Assembly: GCA_041663145.1 (NCBI GenBank)
Contig: JBAZRG010000003.1
Location: forward strand, 1,000-64,999
DNA: 64,000 nt
Source of the DNA: Minisyncoccota bacterium
GTDB lineage: Bacteria; Patescibacteriota; Minisyncoccia; Phycocordibacterales; PALSA-1337
Direction of reading: 5' to 3'
In this document: in pieces, positions 20,063-30,379 of the stretch
How positions within the stretch are numbered: position 1 is the first letter of the stretch
How the letters are laid out: the number at the start of each line of letters is the position of its first letter
The notes under the pieces: generated by a model
The model's input: the letters and a program-made list of their open reading frames with translations, nothing else
The model's database searches: none
Told to the model about the DNA's origin: nothing
Made by a program: the position numbers and the translations under genes

Positions 20063-20067
20063 TATAT

Positions 20068-20676
20068 ATGATTACAGAATTGATCAACACATTAACCGAT
20101 CCAATGGTCCTTATTGGAGCATTGGGAACCATTGGAGTGATTTCCATTATATTTTTGGAGACTGGAGTTCCGTTTGGTTTTTTCTTTCCAGGCGATTCTT
20201 TATTATTCACAGCTGGTCTTTTGGCATCACAAGGTTACGCATCTTTGACCTGGTTACTTATTGGCACGGTTGTGGCGGCGATCGTAGGGGATAATGTCGG
20301 ATATTATTTCGGCCGTCGAGTCGGCCCATCGATATTCACTAAAGATGATTCATTGTTTTTCAATAAAAAACACGTAGCCAAAGCCCAGTTATTTTTTGAG
20401 AAATATGGCCGAAAAACTATTATTTTGGCCCGATTTATTCCTATAATTCGAACATTTGCCCCAATATTGGCTGGAGTTGGCTCTATGAATTATCGCACCT
20501 TTGTAACATTCAATATTATAGGTGGTTTTTTGTGGACTTGGTCTATGCTTTTGCTCGGTTATGGATTTGGTTCGATTATTCCAGATCCTGAGATATACAT
20601 ATTGCCGATCATTGGACTTATCATTGTAGTTTCATTTATCCCCGCTTTGCTCGCCATATTCAGAAAGAAACAATAG
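20068..20676 (+). CDS. DedA-family membrane protein
   Basis: FLETG...PGDSLLFTAG, GDNVGY, ARFIPIIRTF. Confidence 0.92.
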   Translation: MITELINTLTDPMVLIGALGTIGVISIIFLETGVPFGFFFPGDSLLFTAGLLASQGYASLTWLLIGTVVAAIVGDNVGYYFGRRVGPSIFTKDDSLFFNKKHVAKAQLFFEKYGRKTIILARFIPIIRTFAPILAGVGSMNYRTFVTFNIIGGFLWTWSMLLLGYGFGSIIPDPEIYILPIIGLIIVVSFIPALLAIFRKKQ

Positions 20677-20696
20677 GATGCTATAATGTGTAGCAT

Positions 20697-21659
20697 ATGC
20701 ACTCATCGATTTTCTTGCGATTGTTTCCGCCTCCCAAATATCTGGTGATGAAATACACCGGATTACATATATCAGACGACGCGCTATATTGTTTGGATTA
20801 TACGACTAATATTCGTGGTCATTTTATTAGTAAGTTTGGTTGTCTCGACATTCCGCAAGGCATCGTCGAAGGAGGAGAGATCAAGGATGAAAAAAAATTT
20901 AGTGAATTACTCAAGCAGTTCGATCACGATCACGACCTTTCTTTTGTAAAGGTATCAGTGCCAGAAGAGAAGGCTTATCTTTTTCAGACAGATGTGCCAA
21001 GTGCAAATGTTCGTGCCATTGCTCAAAATATCGAGTCAAAACTCGAAGAAAGTGTGCCACTTTCGGCACCTGATGCGGTATTTTATTTCGATCTATTACC
21101 AAAAGCTGTTACCGGAGGAGCTCTCCGAGCCAGTGTCTCGGTCGTAGCAAGATCTTATATAGAAAAGGTCATGGGACTTCTGCGAAATTCAGGAATATTT
21201 CCAGTAGCATTTGAAGTATTACCAAAATCTATTGCAATGGCAGTGATAGAACCAAAAACTCCAGGTGCTGAAATGATAGTTCATATCATGAATCGCAAAA
21301 CCGGAATATATATCGTCTCTGAGAGCGTGGTTTGTTTTACTTCTACGATAAGTTGGGGAAGTCAGGTATCAAACGGTGTTCAGTCAGATATTTCGATTTT
21401 GATCAAAGAGATCAATCGTATCCATGAATACTGGACGACTCATAACCCAGCTACTTCAGCATTGAATAGAATAATATTGGTTGGAAAAGGTTCTTTGGTC
21501 CATGAAAATGTCCTGAAGACAGCCATGTCCGAATTTGGCATTGAAGTCGGTATTGCCGATGTTTGGCGCAATACATTTGATCTGGATAATTACATCCCAC
21601 CGATTTCCAGAGAAGATTCACTCGATTATGCTGTCGCGGCCGGCTTGGCAATATCCTAA
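20697..21659 (+). CDS. pilM: Type IV pilus assembly protein PilM-like
   Basis: GLHISD, GIVEGGEIKD, IILVG, YAVAAGLA; first gene of a pilMNO-like operon. Confidence 0.75.
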   Translation: MHSSIFLRLFPPPKYLVMKYTGLHISDDALYCLDYTTNIRGHFISKFGCLDIPQGIVEGGEIKDEKKFSELLKQFDHDHDLSFVKVSVPEEKAYLFQTDVPSANVRAIAQNIESKLEESVPLSAPDAVFYFDLLPKAVTGGALRASVSVVARSYIEKVMGLLRNSGIFPVAFEVLPKSIAMAVIEPKTPGAEMIVHIMNRKTGIYIVSESVVCFTSTISWGSQVSNGVQSDISILIKEINRIHEYWTTHNPATSALNRIILVGKGSLVHENVLKTAMSEFGIEVGIADVWRNTFDLDNYIPPISREDSLDYAVAAGLAIS

Positions 21660-21668
21660 TAAATATTT

Positions 21669-22211
21669 ATGTATCACACACTTGTTCCACAATCAGAAAG
21701 ATTAGCACTGAGACGGGCATACCGTAGAAGATATGTCGTCGTATTGTGTTTTGCTCTGTCTATAGCTGGTATTATAGGCATCGTATCACTCATTCCATCA
21801 CTGTTGTTTGTCTCTATTGAGAGAAAATCTGCCGAGATCGAACTTGCATCACTCATTAAAGCCAAAGACATGAGTGGACTCACTGAGATCCAACAACAAG
21901 TTGCGGTGAGTCAGGGATTGTTGGTTCATTTGGCGGCCGGAGCTGTCTCACCCAGGTCCTCTGATCTTATCGAGGATGTCGTACGAAATCGGGGGAATGT
22001 GAGATTGACTTCAGTAGCACTAACTCAGGTCTCGACTTCTTCTGCAAGTATGACTATTCGCGGTGTGGCACCGACACGTGAATCACTATTGTCTTTCAAG
22101 GGTCGACTACTGACGAGTTATCCGGGCAGTAAGGTGGATCTGCCGGTATCCGAACTAGCTCGAAGTGCCGATATAAATTTTTCGATTCAGTTAATTAGAA
22201 AATTACCATGA
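21669..22211 (+). CDS. PilN-like protein
   Basis: N-terminal TM, coiled coil, IRGVAPTRESLLSF; follows pilM. Confidence 0.6.
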   Translation: MYHTLVPQSERLALRRAYRRRYVVVLCFALSIAGIIGIVSLIPSLLFVSIERKSAEIELASLIKAKDMSGLTEIQQQVAVSQGLLVHLAAGAVSPRSSDLIEDVVRNRGNVRLTSVALTQVSTSSASMTIRGVAPTRESLLSFKGRLLTSYPGSKVDLPVSELARSADINFSIQLIRKLP

Positions 22212-22783
22212 GATATTTGCGAAAACACAGTCTATTGTCGATCTTTGCAGTCTTAGTCACTCTGATTGTGGCCTCGGTATATTTCTATATCTCACAAACT
22301 GTTTCTACTTCTCTAGATGAAACTATCATTGCACGAGATGATCTACAGGCGGGGATTGCTAGCAAAAATAGAGAGAAAGCTTTTTTGGATATTTATGCCA
22401 AGACAGAAAATGACTGGGCACGTCTACCGGACTTCTTTGTATTTTCAGAAAATGTGATTCAATTCATCGAGGCGATGGAATCGTTGGGGAAGTCGGTTGG
22501 TAGTGAAGTTACATTGTCCGAGATCGATGCTGATAATCTGGATTCCTCCAAGAAGAGTGCGCTCGGATCTATACGAGTACATGTCGATGTTAAGGGTTCG
22601 TGGAGCTCTGTGATGAGAACTCTGCGTCTAGCTGAGGCGATGCCATATAAGGTGACGATTAGTGGTGTGAATATAGATGTTGAGGAAGGGGGTAATAAAA
22701 AAACAAATTCTTGGCATCTAACCTTCGATATCAAAGCCGCGATGCTTGCAAATTCACCAGTAAATTCTGTTAAAGCTCAATAA
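22208..22783 (+). CDS. PilO-like protein
   Basis: N-terminal TM; VDVKGSWSSVMRTLRLAEAMPY; operon position. Confidence 0.6.
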   Translation: MRYLRKHSLLSIFAVLVTLIVASVYFYISQTVSTSLDETIIARDDLQAGIASKNREKAFLDIYAKTENDWARLPDFFVFSENVIQFIEAMESLGKSVGSEVTLSEIDADNLDSSKKSALGSIRVHVDVKGSWSSVMRTLRLAEAMPYKVTISGVNIDVEEGGNKKTNSWHLTFDIKAAMLANSPVNSVKAQ

Positions 22784-22784
22784 T

Positions 22785-23117
22785 ATGAAAATACCTAAAA
22801 TTCGTTTTCATCATAAAGATACCGAGGTGGATATAAACCATCACAAATTTACGCACCGCATCTGGCGTGACCCTTATACTGATTGGGTGGTTATTTGTGT
22901 TATAACAGTGCTCCTATCTGCTTATTTGGTATATGTGGGATTCCAGACATTTCATCATATGAATGACAATGTTAGTAATGCAAATTCGTCTGCAGTTCAG
23001 ACGGCTACGATCGATATAAAGTCATTGACGAATGTTCTCTCAGAATTTGATCTGAAGGAAAGCGAGAGAAAAGATTTGCTCCGTGGGTATAGTGGACCTG
23101 CGGATCCTTCGATATAG
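22785..23117 (+). CDS. Small membrane protein of the pil operon
   Basis: Single TM, C-terminal DPS; operon position. Confidence 0.6.
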   Translation: MKIPKIRFHHKDTEVDINHHKFTHRIWRDPYTDWVVICVITVLLSAYLVYVGFQTFHHMNDNVSNANSSAVQTATIDIKSLTNVLSEFDLKESERKDLLRGYSGPADPSI

Positions 23118-23155
23118 TTTCGAAATCTGTCGATATATGATAGCTTTGAATATAA

Positions 23156-23227
23156 CCCCTTGTAGTTCAATGGATAGAACAGCGGACTTCTAAGCCGTTG
23201 ATGTTGGTTCGATTCCAACCGAGGGGA
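23156..23227 (+). tRNA. tRNA-Arg(UCU)
   Basis: CCCCTTG/CGAGGGG acceptor, loop CT-TCT-AA, T-arm GTTGG-TTCGATT-CCAAC. Confidence 0.9.
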
Positions 23228-23288
23228 CATGAGATATTGTGAAGAAATAAAGACTTTATGGTTAGTTCATTATTGACCATTATCCTCT

Positions 23289-24677
23289 TTACAAAGAAAC
23301 AAGAGACGATAGAGGAGAGAGATTATCAATCGATACCAATGAATTAATAACAAACGAGGTATTTTTTTGAGGGAATACTATTTGATATTTATATCCCCCA
23401 CCTCCTTCTCCTTCGAATTTCCAACCTGTGATTATTGCGTTCGGTATGAATTGATTAGTTATGCTCAACTCTTTATCATCCTGATATTTAGTTACTAAGC
23501 CTTTGGCTATATAAAGACCATTGCCACTTACACAATCAAAGATCTTATCGTGACCAAATTGTGGTTCAGAAGTGTAATTCCAACCTTTTGGAATTTTAAG
23601 ACGATATCCAATTTTTTTGTCCTCAATAAAAGTATCAGCCGAAACGCATTTAGATCCCGCAAAATATATATTTTCAGAATCAGATATTGTCATTCCTCCC
23701 TTGTAAATAAACGTTGACACATCGACTTCACTCAAAAGAGTGTCGTCGTAAAATACATGATCCTTATCAACTGAATATTGTCCAATGTTGCAATGTCTTC
23801 CTTGGTATTGAATCACCTTGAATGTATTAGGATCAGCTGACTGTATAAGACTTCCTTTGAGATAGACTCCGTGAGTATCTTTCCAGTAACTAAAGCCACA
23901 ATATTCATCTCTTTCAGCTTGATCACTCACTTTTTCAAAATTTACTGGATCGGCTGATGGTACAATTTTGGACTTAAAATAGACATTATTTTTATCAAGA
24001 GCGTATCCATTAGCCATTTCCTTAAATGATTCAGGGTCAGCACCCATTACGATAAAAGCATCATCTCCTTTTCTATATACATTACTAGCATCAGAGACAT
24101 TTTTATTGTCCACAAGATAATTTGACGATATTGGCCGACTATCTGCCATTACACTTTTAAGTGGAAGTATATCTCCATAACCAACGTGCTTTAATATTTG
24201 GTCTGCATCCTTATAAAACCCGAATCCCAAATAAATAGTAGATTTTGATGGAGAAATAAGCCGATGGTCATTATAAATCATGCTTATCTTATCTTTCGCC
24301 ACAAACGAACTTGTGGCGAATGTGGAGAAGGTTGCTAGGTCAGCTGGTGGATTAAGGACGAGTCTTATAGGATAACCACAACGTTGTGTTTCACCCAGAT
24401 TCCAGACGTTGTTCTTATCTTTAGCATACACATCATTTATTATTTGAAACGTATTTGTGTCGATCTCAGTAGGATCAAAATGATCTAATCCATCCACGGA
24501 GCAACGTCGAAAATATATCTCACCTGATATTTCATATAAATGTCCTGCTTCATGAATCAATACAGGATTTCTAGAAGCAACTCCACCCTTATGACTCTTA
24601 AATACAAAGGCAAGCAAAATCAAGATCAGTATCAACCATATTAACAATGCAACTCTTTTTAGATGTGACTTGTTCAT
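23289..24677 (-). CDS. DKNYY-repeat surface protein
   Basis: N-terminal TM; repeated YAKDKNNV / YALDKNNVYF / ADPxxF units. Confidence 0.8.
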   Translation of the reverse strand: MNKSHLKRVALLIWLILILILLAFVFKSHKGGVASRNPVLIHEAGHLYEISGEIYFRRCSVDGLDHFDPTEIDTNTFQIINDVYAKDKNNVWNLGETQRCGYPIRLVLNPPADLATFSTFATSSFVAKDKISMIYNDHRLISPSKSTIYLGFGFYKDADQILKHVGYGDILPLKSVMADSRPISSNYLVDNKNVSDASNVYRKGDDAFIVMGADPESFKEMANGYALDKNNVYFKSKIVPSADPVNFEKVSDQAERDEYCGFSYWKDTHGVYLKGSLIQSADPNTFKVIQYQGRHCNIGQYSVDKDHVFYDDTLLSEVDVSTFIYKGGMTISDSENIYFAGSKCVSADTFIEDKKIGYRLKIPKGWNYTSEPQFGHDKIFDCVSGNGLYIAKGLVTKYQDDKELSITNQFIPNAIITGWKFEGEGGGGYKYQIVFPQKNTSFVINSLVSIDNLSPLSSLVSL

Positions 24678-24753
24678 GTTTGATGTATTTTATCAATTTA
24701 ATTTTATTATACACATTGAATTCTGTACGCTTTAGTAGGATACGGATCAGTTG

Positions 24754-24826
24754 TGCGCCCTAAGAGATTCGAACTCCTGACCTTCCCCGTGTAAAGGGGC
24801 TGCTCTACCAACTGAGCTAAGGGCGC
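24754..24826 (-). tRNA. tRNA-Val(UAC)
   Basis: GCGCCCT/AGGGCGC acceptor, loop TT-TAC-AC. Confidence 0.95.
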
Positions 24827-24890
24827 ATATGATTTATATGATTTTTACATAACGCTTTGCTTATACCATAGACTAGCGTATATTCATGAC

Positions 24891-25661
24891 ATGAGCAATA
24901 AACAGACATCGAACCTGCCAGATATCACCATACTCTATGAAGATGCCGATTGTGTCGTGGTAAATAAACCTGCCGGTCTTTTGGTGCACTCCGATGGGAA
25001 AGCAGTCGGTCCATTTCTCACGGATTGGATAGCCAAACATTATCCACAAACAAAAGATGTTGGTGAAAAGATGAATGGACGAGATGGTAAGCCTGTAGAC
25101 AGGGGAGGTATAGTTCATCGATTGGACAGGGAGACATCAGGCGCATTGCTTATTGCTAAAACAGCAGTCGGTTATGAAGATTTGAAGAAACAATTTCAAG
25201 ATAGGACAATTACAAAGAAATATCTGGCTTTCGTCTGGGGATCGATGGAAGAAGAATTTGGCACTATTGATCGTCCGATCGGTCGAAGCAGTGGCGACTT
25301 TCGTAAGTGGTCGGCTGAACGTGGGACAAGAGGGGAGACAAGGGAAGCGGAGACGTATTGGACATTGATCGCAAATTCCAAGGCTCCAAATCCAGAGGGA
25401 ATATTGGAGAAGGTTGCTCTACTAGAAGTTGAACCAAAGACTGGTCGAACTCACCAGATCAGGGTGCACCTCAAGGCTGTAAATCACCCTATTATCGGTG
25501 ATATGCTCTATGCTCCGAATCGCCCAATGGTTCTAGGCTTTCATAGAACTGCTCTTCATTCTGCCTCGATCGAGTTTGAAACGATAGAAAAAAAGCGATT
25601 GAAAATAGAAGCTCCGTTGCCGGCGGACTTTAGTGAAGCTCGTCGCTTCTTGAATATTTAA
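24891..25661 (+). CDS. RluA/RluD-family pseudouridine synthase
   Basis: NKPAGL, VHRLDRETSG, TGRTHQIRVH, GD..Y. Confidence 0.93.
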   Translation: MSNKQTSNLPDITILYEDADCVVVNKPAGLLVHSDGKAVGPFLTDWIAKHYPQTKDVGEKMNGRDGKPVDRGGIVHRLDRETSGALLIAKTAVGYEDLKKQFQDRTITKKYLAFVWGSMEEEFGTIDRPIGRSSGDFRKWSAERGTRGETREAETYWTLIANSKAPNPEGILEKVALLEVEPKTGRTHQIRVHLKAVNHPIIGDMLYAPNRPMVLGFHRTALHSASIEFETIEKKRLKIEAPLPADFSEARRFLNI

Positions 25662-25687
25662 TGTTGGTGTGATAAGGTATTTCCACT

Positions 25688-26137
25688 ATGAGACCCAAGG
25701 TTATTTCGACAGTCAATACAGCCGAACGTGAAAAACTGGATATTCGTCCTGGTGATTTGGTTCGTGTCTGGCAGAAGATCGAAGAAGACAAAGGCAAATC
25801 TCGTTTGCAGGCCTTCGAAGGTCTAGTCTTGGCTCACAAACATGGTACCGAAGCCGGAGCAACCTTCACTGTTCGCAAAGTCGTAGACGGCGTAGGTGTT
25901 GAGCGTATCTTTCCTCTCTACTCTCCGATGATCGATGAGATCGAACTAGTCCGCCGTTCCAAGGTTCGCCGTGCCAAACTATATTTCATTCGACGCAAGG
26001 CTGCAAAGGAGATCCGACATCAGATGCGACGCATCATGGCTATGAGGGAAGAGCCAGAGGAAGTAGCTCCTGTTTCCGAAGCAGCGCCAGTCGAGACTGC
26101 ACCTACGACTGAACCTACTACTGAGACTGCAAAATAA
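25688..26137 (+). CDS. rplS: 50S ribosomal protein L19
   Basis: [32 protein letters not shown]; acidic P/T-rich tail. Confidence 0.97.
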   Translation: MRPKVISTVNTAEREKLDIRPGDLVRVWQKIEEDKGKSRLQAFEGLVLAHKHGTEAGATFTVRKVVDGVGVERIFPLYSPMIDEIELVRRSKVRRAKLYFIRRKAAKEIRHQMRRIMAMREEPEEVAPVSEAAPVETAPTTEPTTETAK

Positions 26138-26157
26138 TTTTATATTTATTGCTGGTG

Positions 26158-26185
26158 AAAAATGAGATGGCAACATCTCATTTTT
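26158..26185 (+). terminator. Intrinsic terminator after rplS
   Basis: AAAAATGAGATG-GCAA-CATCTCATTTTT. Confidence 0.75.
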
Positions 26186-26249
26186 GTTTGACACATTGAA
26201 TGTCTAGCGATTATTAGCTATAGTGGTCAAGGTTTGAAAAGGGAAATAC

Positions 26250-26333
26250 GCGCGGGTGGCGAAACTGGTAGACGCACTACCTTGAGGTGGTAGCGCCCTT
26301 TCGGGCATGGAGGTTCGAGTCCTCTCCCGCGCA
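26250..26333 (+). tRNA. tRNA-Leu(GAG)
   Basis: GCGCGGG/CCCGCGC acceptor, loop TT-GAG-GT, variable arm. Confidence 0.95.
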
Positions 26334-26367
26334 CTGATCTGGGCCCTTAATCTGTTATACTTACCCC

Positions 26368-26922
26368 ATGCTTTATACTCGAAAAGGCGATGATGGGACG
26401 ACCAAGATGTTCGATTCTTCGTCCGGACAAAGAGTTTCGAAGAATTCTAGTCGAAGTGAAGCCTTGGGTTGCTTGGATGAGTTCAATTCTTTCTTGGGCA
26501 TATTGAAAGTAAAATCAAAAGACCAAAAGTTGAAATTGGGTGATAAGAATCTGGAAGAAGTGATCAATTGGGTGCAGAACTGTCTCTTTACAGTCCAAGC
26601 CGAAGTGGCTGGTTCGGAAAAGAAGATTGGAGAGGATGCTGTGATGCGTCTCGAATCTCTCATCGACGAAGCGGAAAAGGAATTGCCACCAATAAAGACC
26701 TTCTTTATATCCGGAGGAACAGAGTTGGCTGCCATGGCGGACTATTCGAGAACACTTGCTCGTACAGCAGAGAGACGTGTGGTGGGTCTGAGGGAGGGTG
26801 GGGATGTTGTTATAGGTGATCATACGCTAGCTTTCATGAATAGATCGTCGTCACTCTTTTATGTCGTGGCTCGACTTATCAACCATAAATCTGGTATAAA
26901 TGAGCATGCGCCTTCATATTGA
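26368..26922 (+). CDS. PduO-type ATP:cob(I)alamin adenosyltransferase family protein
   Basis: LYTRKGDDGTT, G.LDEFNS, RTLARTAERR, NR.S..F...R. Confidence 0.88.
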   Translation: MLYTRKGDDGTTKMFDSSSGQRVSKNSSRSEALGCLDEFNSFLGILKVKSKDQKLKLGDKNLEEVINWVQNCLFTVQAEVAGSEKKIGEDAVMRLESLIDEAEKELPPIKTFFISGGTELAAMADYSRTLARTAERRVVGLREGGDVVIGDHTLAFMNRSSSLFYVVARLINHKSGINEHAPSY

Positions 26923-26950
26923 GTTGTGTAGTAGTTAGTGTGCGCAATAT

Positions 26951-27023
26951 GGTGCCTATGGTGTAATGGTTAGCACTGAGGTTTGTGGAACCTCCAGTTC
27001 GGGTTCGAATCCCGATAGGCACC
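26951..27023 (+). tRNA. tRNA-His(GUG)
   Basis: G-1, GTGCCTA/TAGGCAC acceptor, loop TT-GTG-GA, C73. Confidence 0.95.
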
Positions 27024-27139
27024 CAAAAGCGAAAACTCTATTATTGACACAGTCAACTCCTTGGTGTTATATGAAGATTGAAATCGCCTCTTATGAGGCC
27101 AAGCTCATTACAGTACACACTGCCAACAAACATTTCAAA

Positions 27140-27442
27140 ATGAATAAAAATGAGAAAGTACCAGTTTCGAAAGTGGAAAAAATTCTGGCACCAGAATTGA
27201 AGACAGGTCAGCTAGTTTCCATCGCCGACAGTAATGGTGTCATCTGTCGTGCGAAAGTGCTTTCCGTGGCAAGCGACGGAAATCGAAAAGAGATTAGTAT
27301 CCGACCGACCAGCGGCGAACGAAATGTTACCGAATTCGCTTTCTTTCCTAACAACGGCTGGAAAATGTTATTTGAAGGTCTTGGTGGTGAACGATGCTTT
27401 AGTCAACGTGCACCGTTCTACGGAATTGAATCAATTGAGTAG
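27140..27442 (+). CDS. Hypothetical protein (start uncertain, 27071 or 27140)
   Basis: Upstream TTGACA; downstream hairpin at about 27473-27497. Confidence 0.5.
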   Translation: MNKNEKVPVSKVEKILAPELKTGQLVSIADSNGVICRAKVLSVASDGNRKEISIRPTSGERNVTEFAFFPNNGWKMLFEGLGGERCFSQRAPFYGIESIE

Positions 27443-27684
27443 GTCAGTGCCTTTGAATATTCGTTTCCACACAACCGCAGAGTAAAATCTGCGGTTTGTC
27501 TTTTTTCCGGCACTAATTTTAAGTAATTTCTCTTCCATTATGGCTATTTTGACTATTGCACAGCAATGTGTTATACTTATATAAGTAATTCCTACCGTAT
27601 GGTTAGGTGGTTCCTACAAAGGAATAACAAGGTGGTGCGCTCCTTGATAACACGCACATTCAAAATGAAAGGTAATGAGTTAGT

Positions 27685-27963
27685 ATGAAAAGAACACTGA
27701 AAGTGGAAACCTGCCCCGATAAACTTAAGCTAGCATTTTGCTTATTCGAGGGCGACAACAAGACTCAGGAACCGATTGCGTTCAAGGTTCGGGAGACTGA
27801 TGGAACTCAAGAGTGGACTGAATACGTCAAAGTAAACTCGGTTCAACGAGAAGATGGTAGTGGAAATAACTTCAACATCAAGGGTTACAACACTGCGAAT
27901 TCCTGCTTTGTCAACATTTTCATCTCCACTACTTGGCGCAGTGGCACGATGACCTTCGATTAG
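27685..27963 (+). CDS. Hypothetical protein
   Basis: 92 aa; TGTTATACT promoter-like site upstream; hairpin downstream. Confidence 0.55.
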   Translation: MKRTLKVETCPDKLKLAFCLFEGDNKTQEPIAFKVRETDGTQEWTEYVKVNSVQREDGSGNNFNIKGYNTANSCFVNIFISTTWRSGTMTFD

Positions 27964-28186
27964 CTGACCAATATACCCGTTGCACAGGAAACCTGTCGCA
28001 GCGGGTTTCTTCTTTCTATGCAGTGAGTTCAAGTGGGGTAGAAGTCTGGAATGTATATCGTGGCATCATTTCTCCTCTAAAAATAGTTCGAACCCTAAAG
28101 GACTGAAACAATAATCTCAGCTGATGTCAAATAATCCACCAAACCTGCTTGACTTCTTTACATGGTCTGTATATAGTTAATTACAT

Positions 28187-28888
28187 ATGAGCAACAATTA
28201 TATGCAAAAAGTTAAAGAATTTCGTATTAAAAATAATCTTTCACAAGAGCAACTCGCCAAGTCTATTGGCGTGTCTCGCCCGACTTATACCGCTATCGAG
28301 TCCGGGAAACAAACACTGGCTGCAGACCAGGCGCAAAAATTAGCCTCAATGCTGGGAGTCACTGTTGATGAGCTTCTTTCAGGTAATGTACCAAATATCG
28401 CAAAGTACAAGCATATGATATTGAATTACCTCCGGATGAATCTCACAAGCAAAGCCGATAACAAAATTCCAAAAACGAAACTAGCTAAACTTTTGTATCT
28501 TTCAGATTTTGCTTGGTTCTACGATCATTCAGAAAGTATGAGTGGAATGCAATACAGGAGGATTGCTTACGGTCCTGTGCCGGATACTTTTTTTCGCGCT
28601 ATCGACGAACTCGAAGAAGCGGGGAAGATTGTTGTCGAAAGAAAGAGTGATAATGGTAAAGAGATATTCTTGATCAGTGAATCAGAAAGCAATAAAAATG
28701 AAAAAATTGATGATCTATCTCCTGAGGAAATAAAACTAATGAGTGAAATTGGTAAGAAATGGAAGGATAAAAATACAAACGAGATAGTCAACTTTACTCA
28801 CAACCAACTTCCATACGCGATTTGCCGACCAGATGAGATCATCCCTTATGAGCTTATAACCCAGGAAGATCCAGAAATGGTTTTCTAG
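28187..28888 (+). CDS. XRE-HTH plus Panacea/SocA-like (DUF4065) antitoxin
   Basis: LSQEQLAKSIGVSRPTY..IESG HTH; KTKLAKLLYLSDF...YGPVP. Confidence 0.8.
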   Translation: MSNNYMQKVKEFRIKNNLSQEQLAKSIGVSRPTYTAIESGKQTLAADQAQKLASMLGVTVDELLSGNVPNIAKYKHMILNYLRMNLTSKADNKIPKTKLAKLLYLSDFAWFYDHSESMSGMQYRRIAYGPVPDTFFRAIDELEEAGKIVVERKSDNGKEIFLISESESNKNEKIDDLSPEEIKLMSEIGKKWKDKNTNEIVNFTHNQLPYAICRPDEIIPYELITQEDPEMVF

Positions 28889-28895
28889 TACACGC

Positions 28896-29288
28896 ATGCA
28901 AGGTAATTATTCTGTACGAATAGAAAAGTTTGCAGAAAGGCATTTCATAAAAAGCTTTGAAAAGAAGTATAAGAGTCACTGGGAAATGACTTTGAAAGCT
29001 ATTGTTGCTGGGCTTGAGCGTATTGATTTACTTATAACCACAAGCAGGGCAGAGACGATCTGCGATGTTGATGGTATTAAAATTATTAAAACTGAGTTTC
29101 GAGTTGATAGAACAAAGGAATCTGCAAAGACATCTGGCAATAGATGTATTGTTGCATGGAATAAAGAAAAACATATTGTTTCTATACTACTCGTATATGG
29201 CAAAACCGATCTTGTTGGCCGTAATGAAACGTCTGAATGGCAGAGAATTGTTAAGGAGAACTACCCGGAATACCGCCATTTAATGTAG
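28896..29288 (+). CDS. Putative RelE/ParE-like toxin
   Basis: 130 aa, 7 bp after the antitoxin; KTSGNRCIV...ILLVYGKTD. Confidence 0.55.
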   Translation: MQGNYSVRIEKFAERHFIKSFEKKYKSHWEMTLKAIVAGLERIDLLITTSRAETICDVDGIKIIKTEFRVDRTKESAKTSGNRCIVAWNKEKHIVSILLVYGKTDLVGRNETSEWQRIVKENYPEYRHLM

Positions 29289-29444
29289 GGTAACAATACT
29301 TGAAACTTGGAATATAGCATCATTTCGTCTCTCCGACCTCAAAATGAGCTTTTTGCTATCAAAAACGTGAAAATACGTATTTTAGCGTACTTTTTCACGA
29401 TTATCTTGACAAAACAGTGAATATGCTTATAATTATAATAGTAT

Positions 29445-30317
29445 ATGGCAAAAACATCTGCGGTATTTAATAAAATCAGCCAGCTCAGGGAGAGATATTA
29501 CAGAGCTTCAATCGACAAAGATGCGCTTATTAGTCTTATTAGCGAAGCAGAAGTCGCAGACCAGGTATACAACTCGAATGCGATCGAAAACAGCACGCTA
29601 AGTCTAGAGGAAACAGAAAAAATACTCCTGCAGATTGATTTGGACAGATATATCTCCGAGAGGGAATTGTTCGAAGCAAAGAATCTAGCTCGAGTTGTTT
29701 CCTACATAGATAAAAAAGCTAAGGAGCAAGAGCTTGGTCCCGATGTTATTTTATCTCTCCATAAGATGCTCTTATCAAATATCCGTGATGATGTTGTCGG
29801 TAGGTTTCGCAAAGATGATGAGTATGTCCGAGTAGGCAGTCACATCGCTCCATCTCCAAAAGAAATTAAGGAGAGCATTCAGAGAATGTTTTCTGAGTAC
29901 AACGCTACAAATCATGAAAATATCATCAAACGCATTGCGCGACTTCACTTGGCTTTTGAGTATCTCCATCCCTTTAACGATGGGAATGGTCGCATAGGGC
30001 GCGTCATCAACAATTACCTGCTCATACGTGAGGGATTTGTGCCGATAAATATCAAGTTTATTGATCGTAAAAAGTATTACGACGCATTCAAAGAGTTTGA
30101 TGAAAAAGGTGTGACGACCATCATGGAAGAAATTGTCGGCAAGGCTCTCACTAACAGCTATCACAAACGTTTGGCGTATCTGGAGGGTAAGAAAATTGTC
30201 ACACTTTCCGAATATGGGAAGAGTAATAAAATTTCTCACTCCAACCTTATTAATAAGGCGAGTCGTCAAACGATCGAAGCCTTCTTAGAAAAGGGTGTGT
30301 GGAAGATTGGAGAGTAG
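29445..30317 (+). CDS. Fic-domain protein (class II-like)
   Basis: HPFNDGNGRIGR catalytic motif; SNAIEN inhibitory-helix motif. Confidence 0.92.
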   Translation: MAKTSAVFNKISQLRERYYRASIDKDALISLISEAEVADQVYNSNAIENSTLSLEETEKILLQIDLDRYISERELFEAKNLARVVSYIDKKAKEQELGPDVILSLHKMLLSNIRDDVVGRFRKDDEYVRVGSHIAPSPKEIKESIQRMFSEYNATNHENIIKRIARLHLAFEYLHPFNDGNGRIGRVINNYLLIREGFVPINIKFIDRKKYYDAFKEFDEKGVTTIMEEIVGKALTNSYHKRLAYLEGKKIVTLSEYGKSNKISHSNLINKASRQTIEAFLEKGVWKIGE

Positions 30318-30379
30318 TCTGTAAATGATTAAGGAAATATGTTTCCCATTTCGCTGGAAATCTTGTACTCTATGTTTTC

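Noticed and set aside
26966-27070. 5' part of ORF 26966-27442, and ORFs 7669-7980, 7841-8047, 22997-23230
   Set aside because: They overlap tRNA genes or tRNA-derived repeats.
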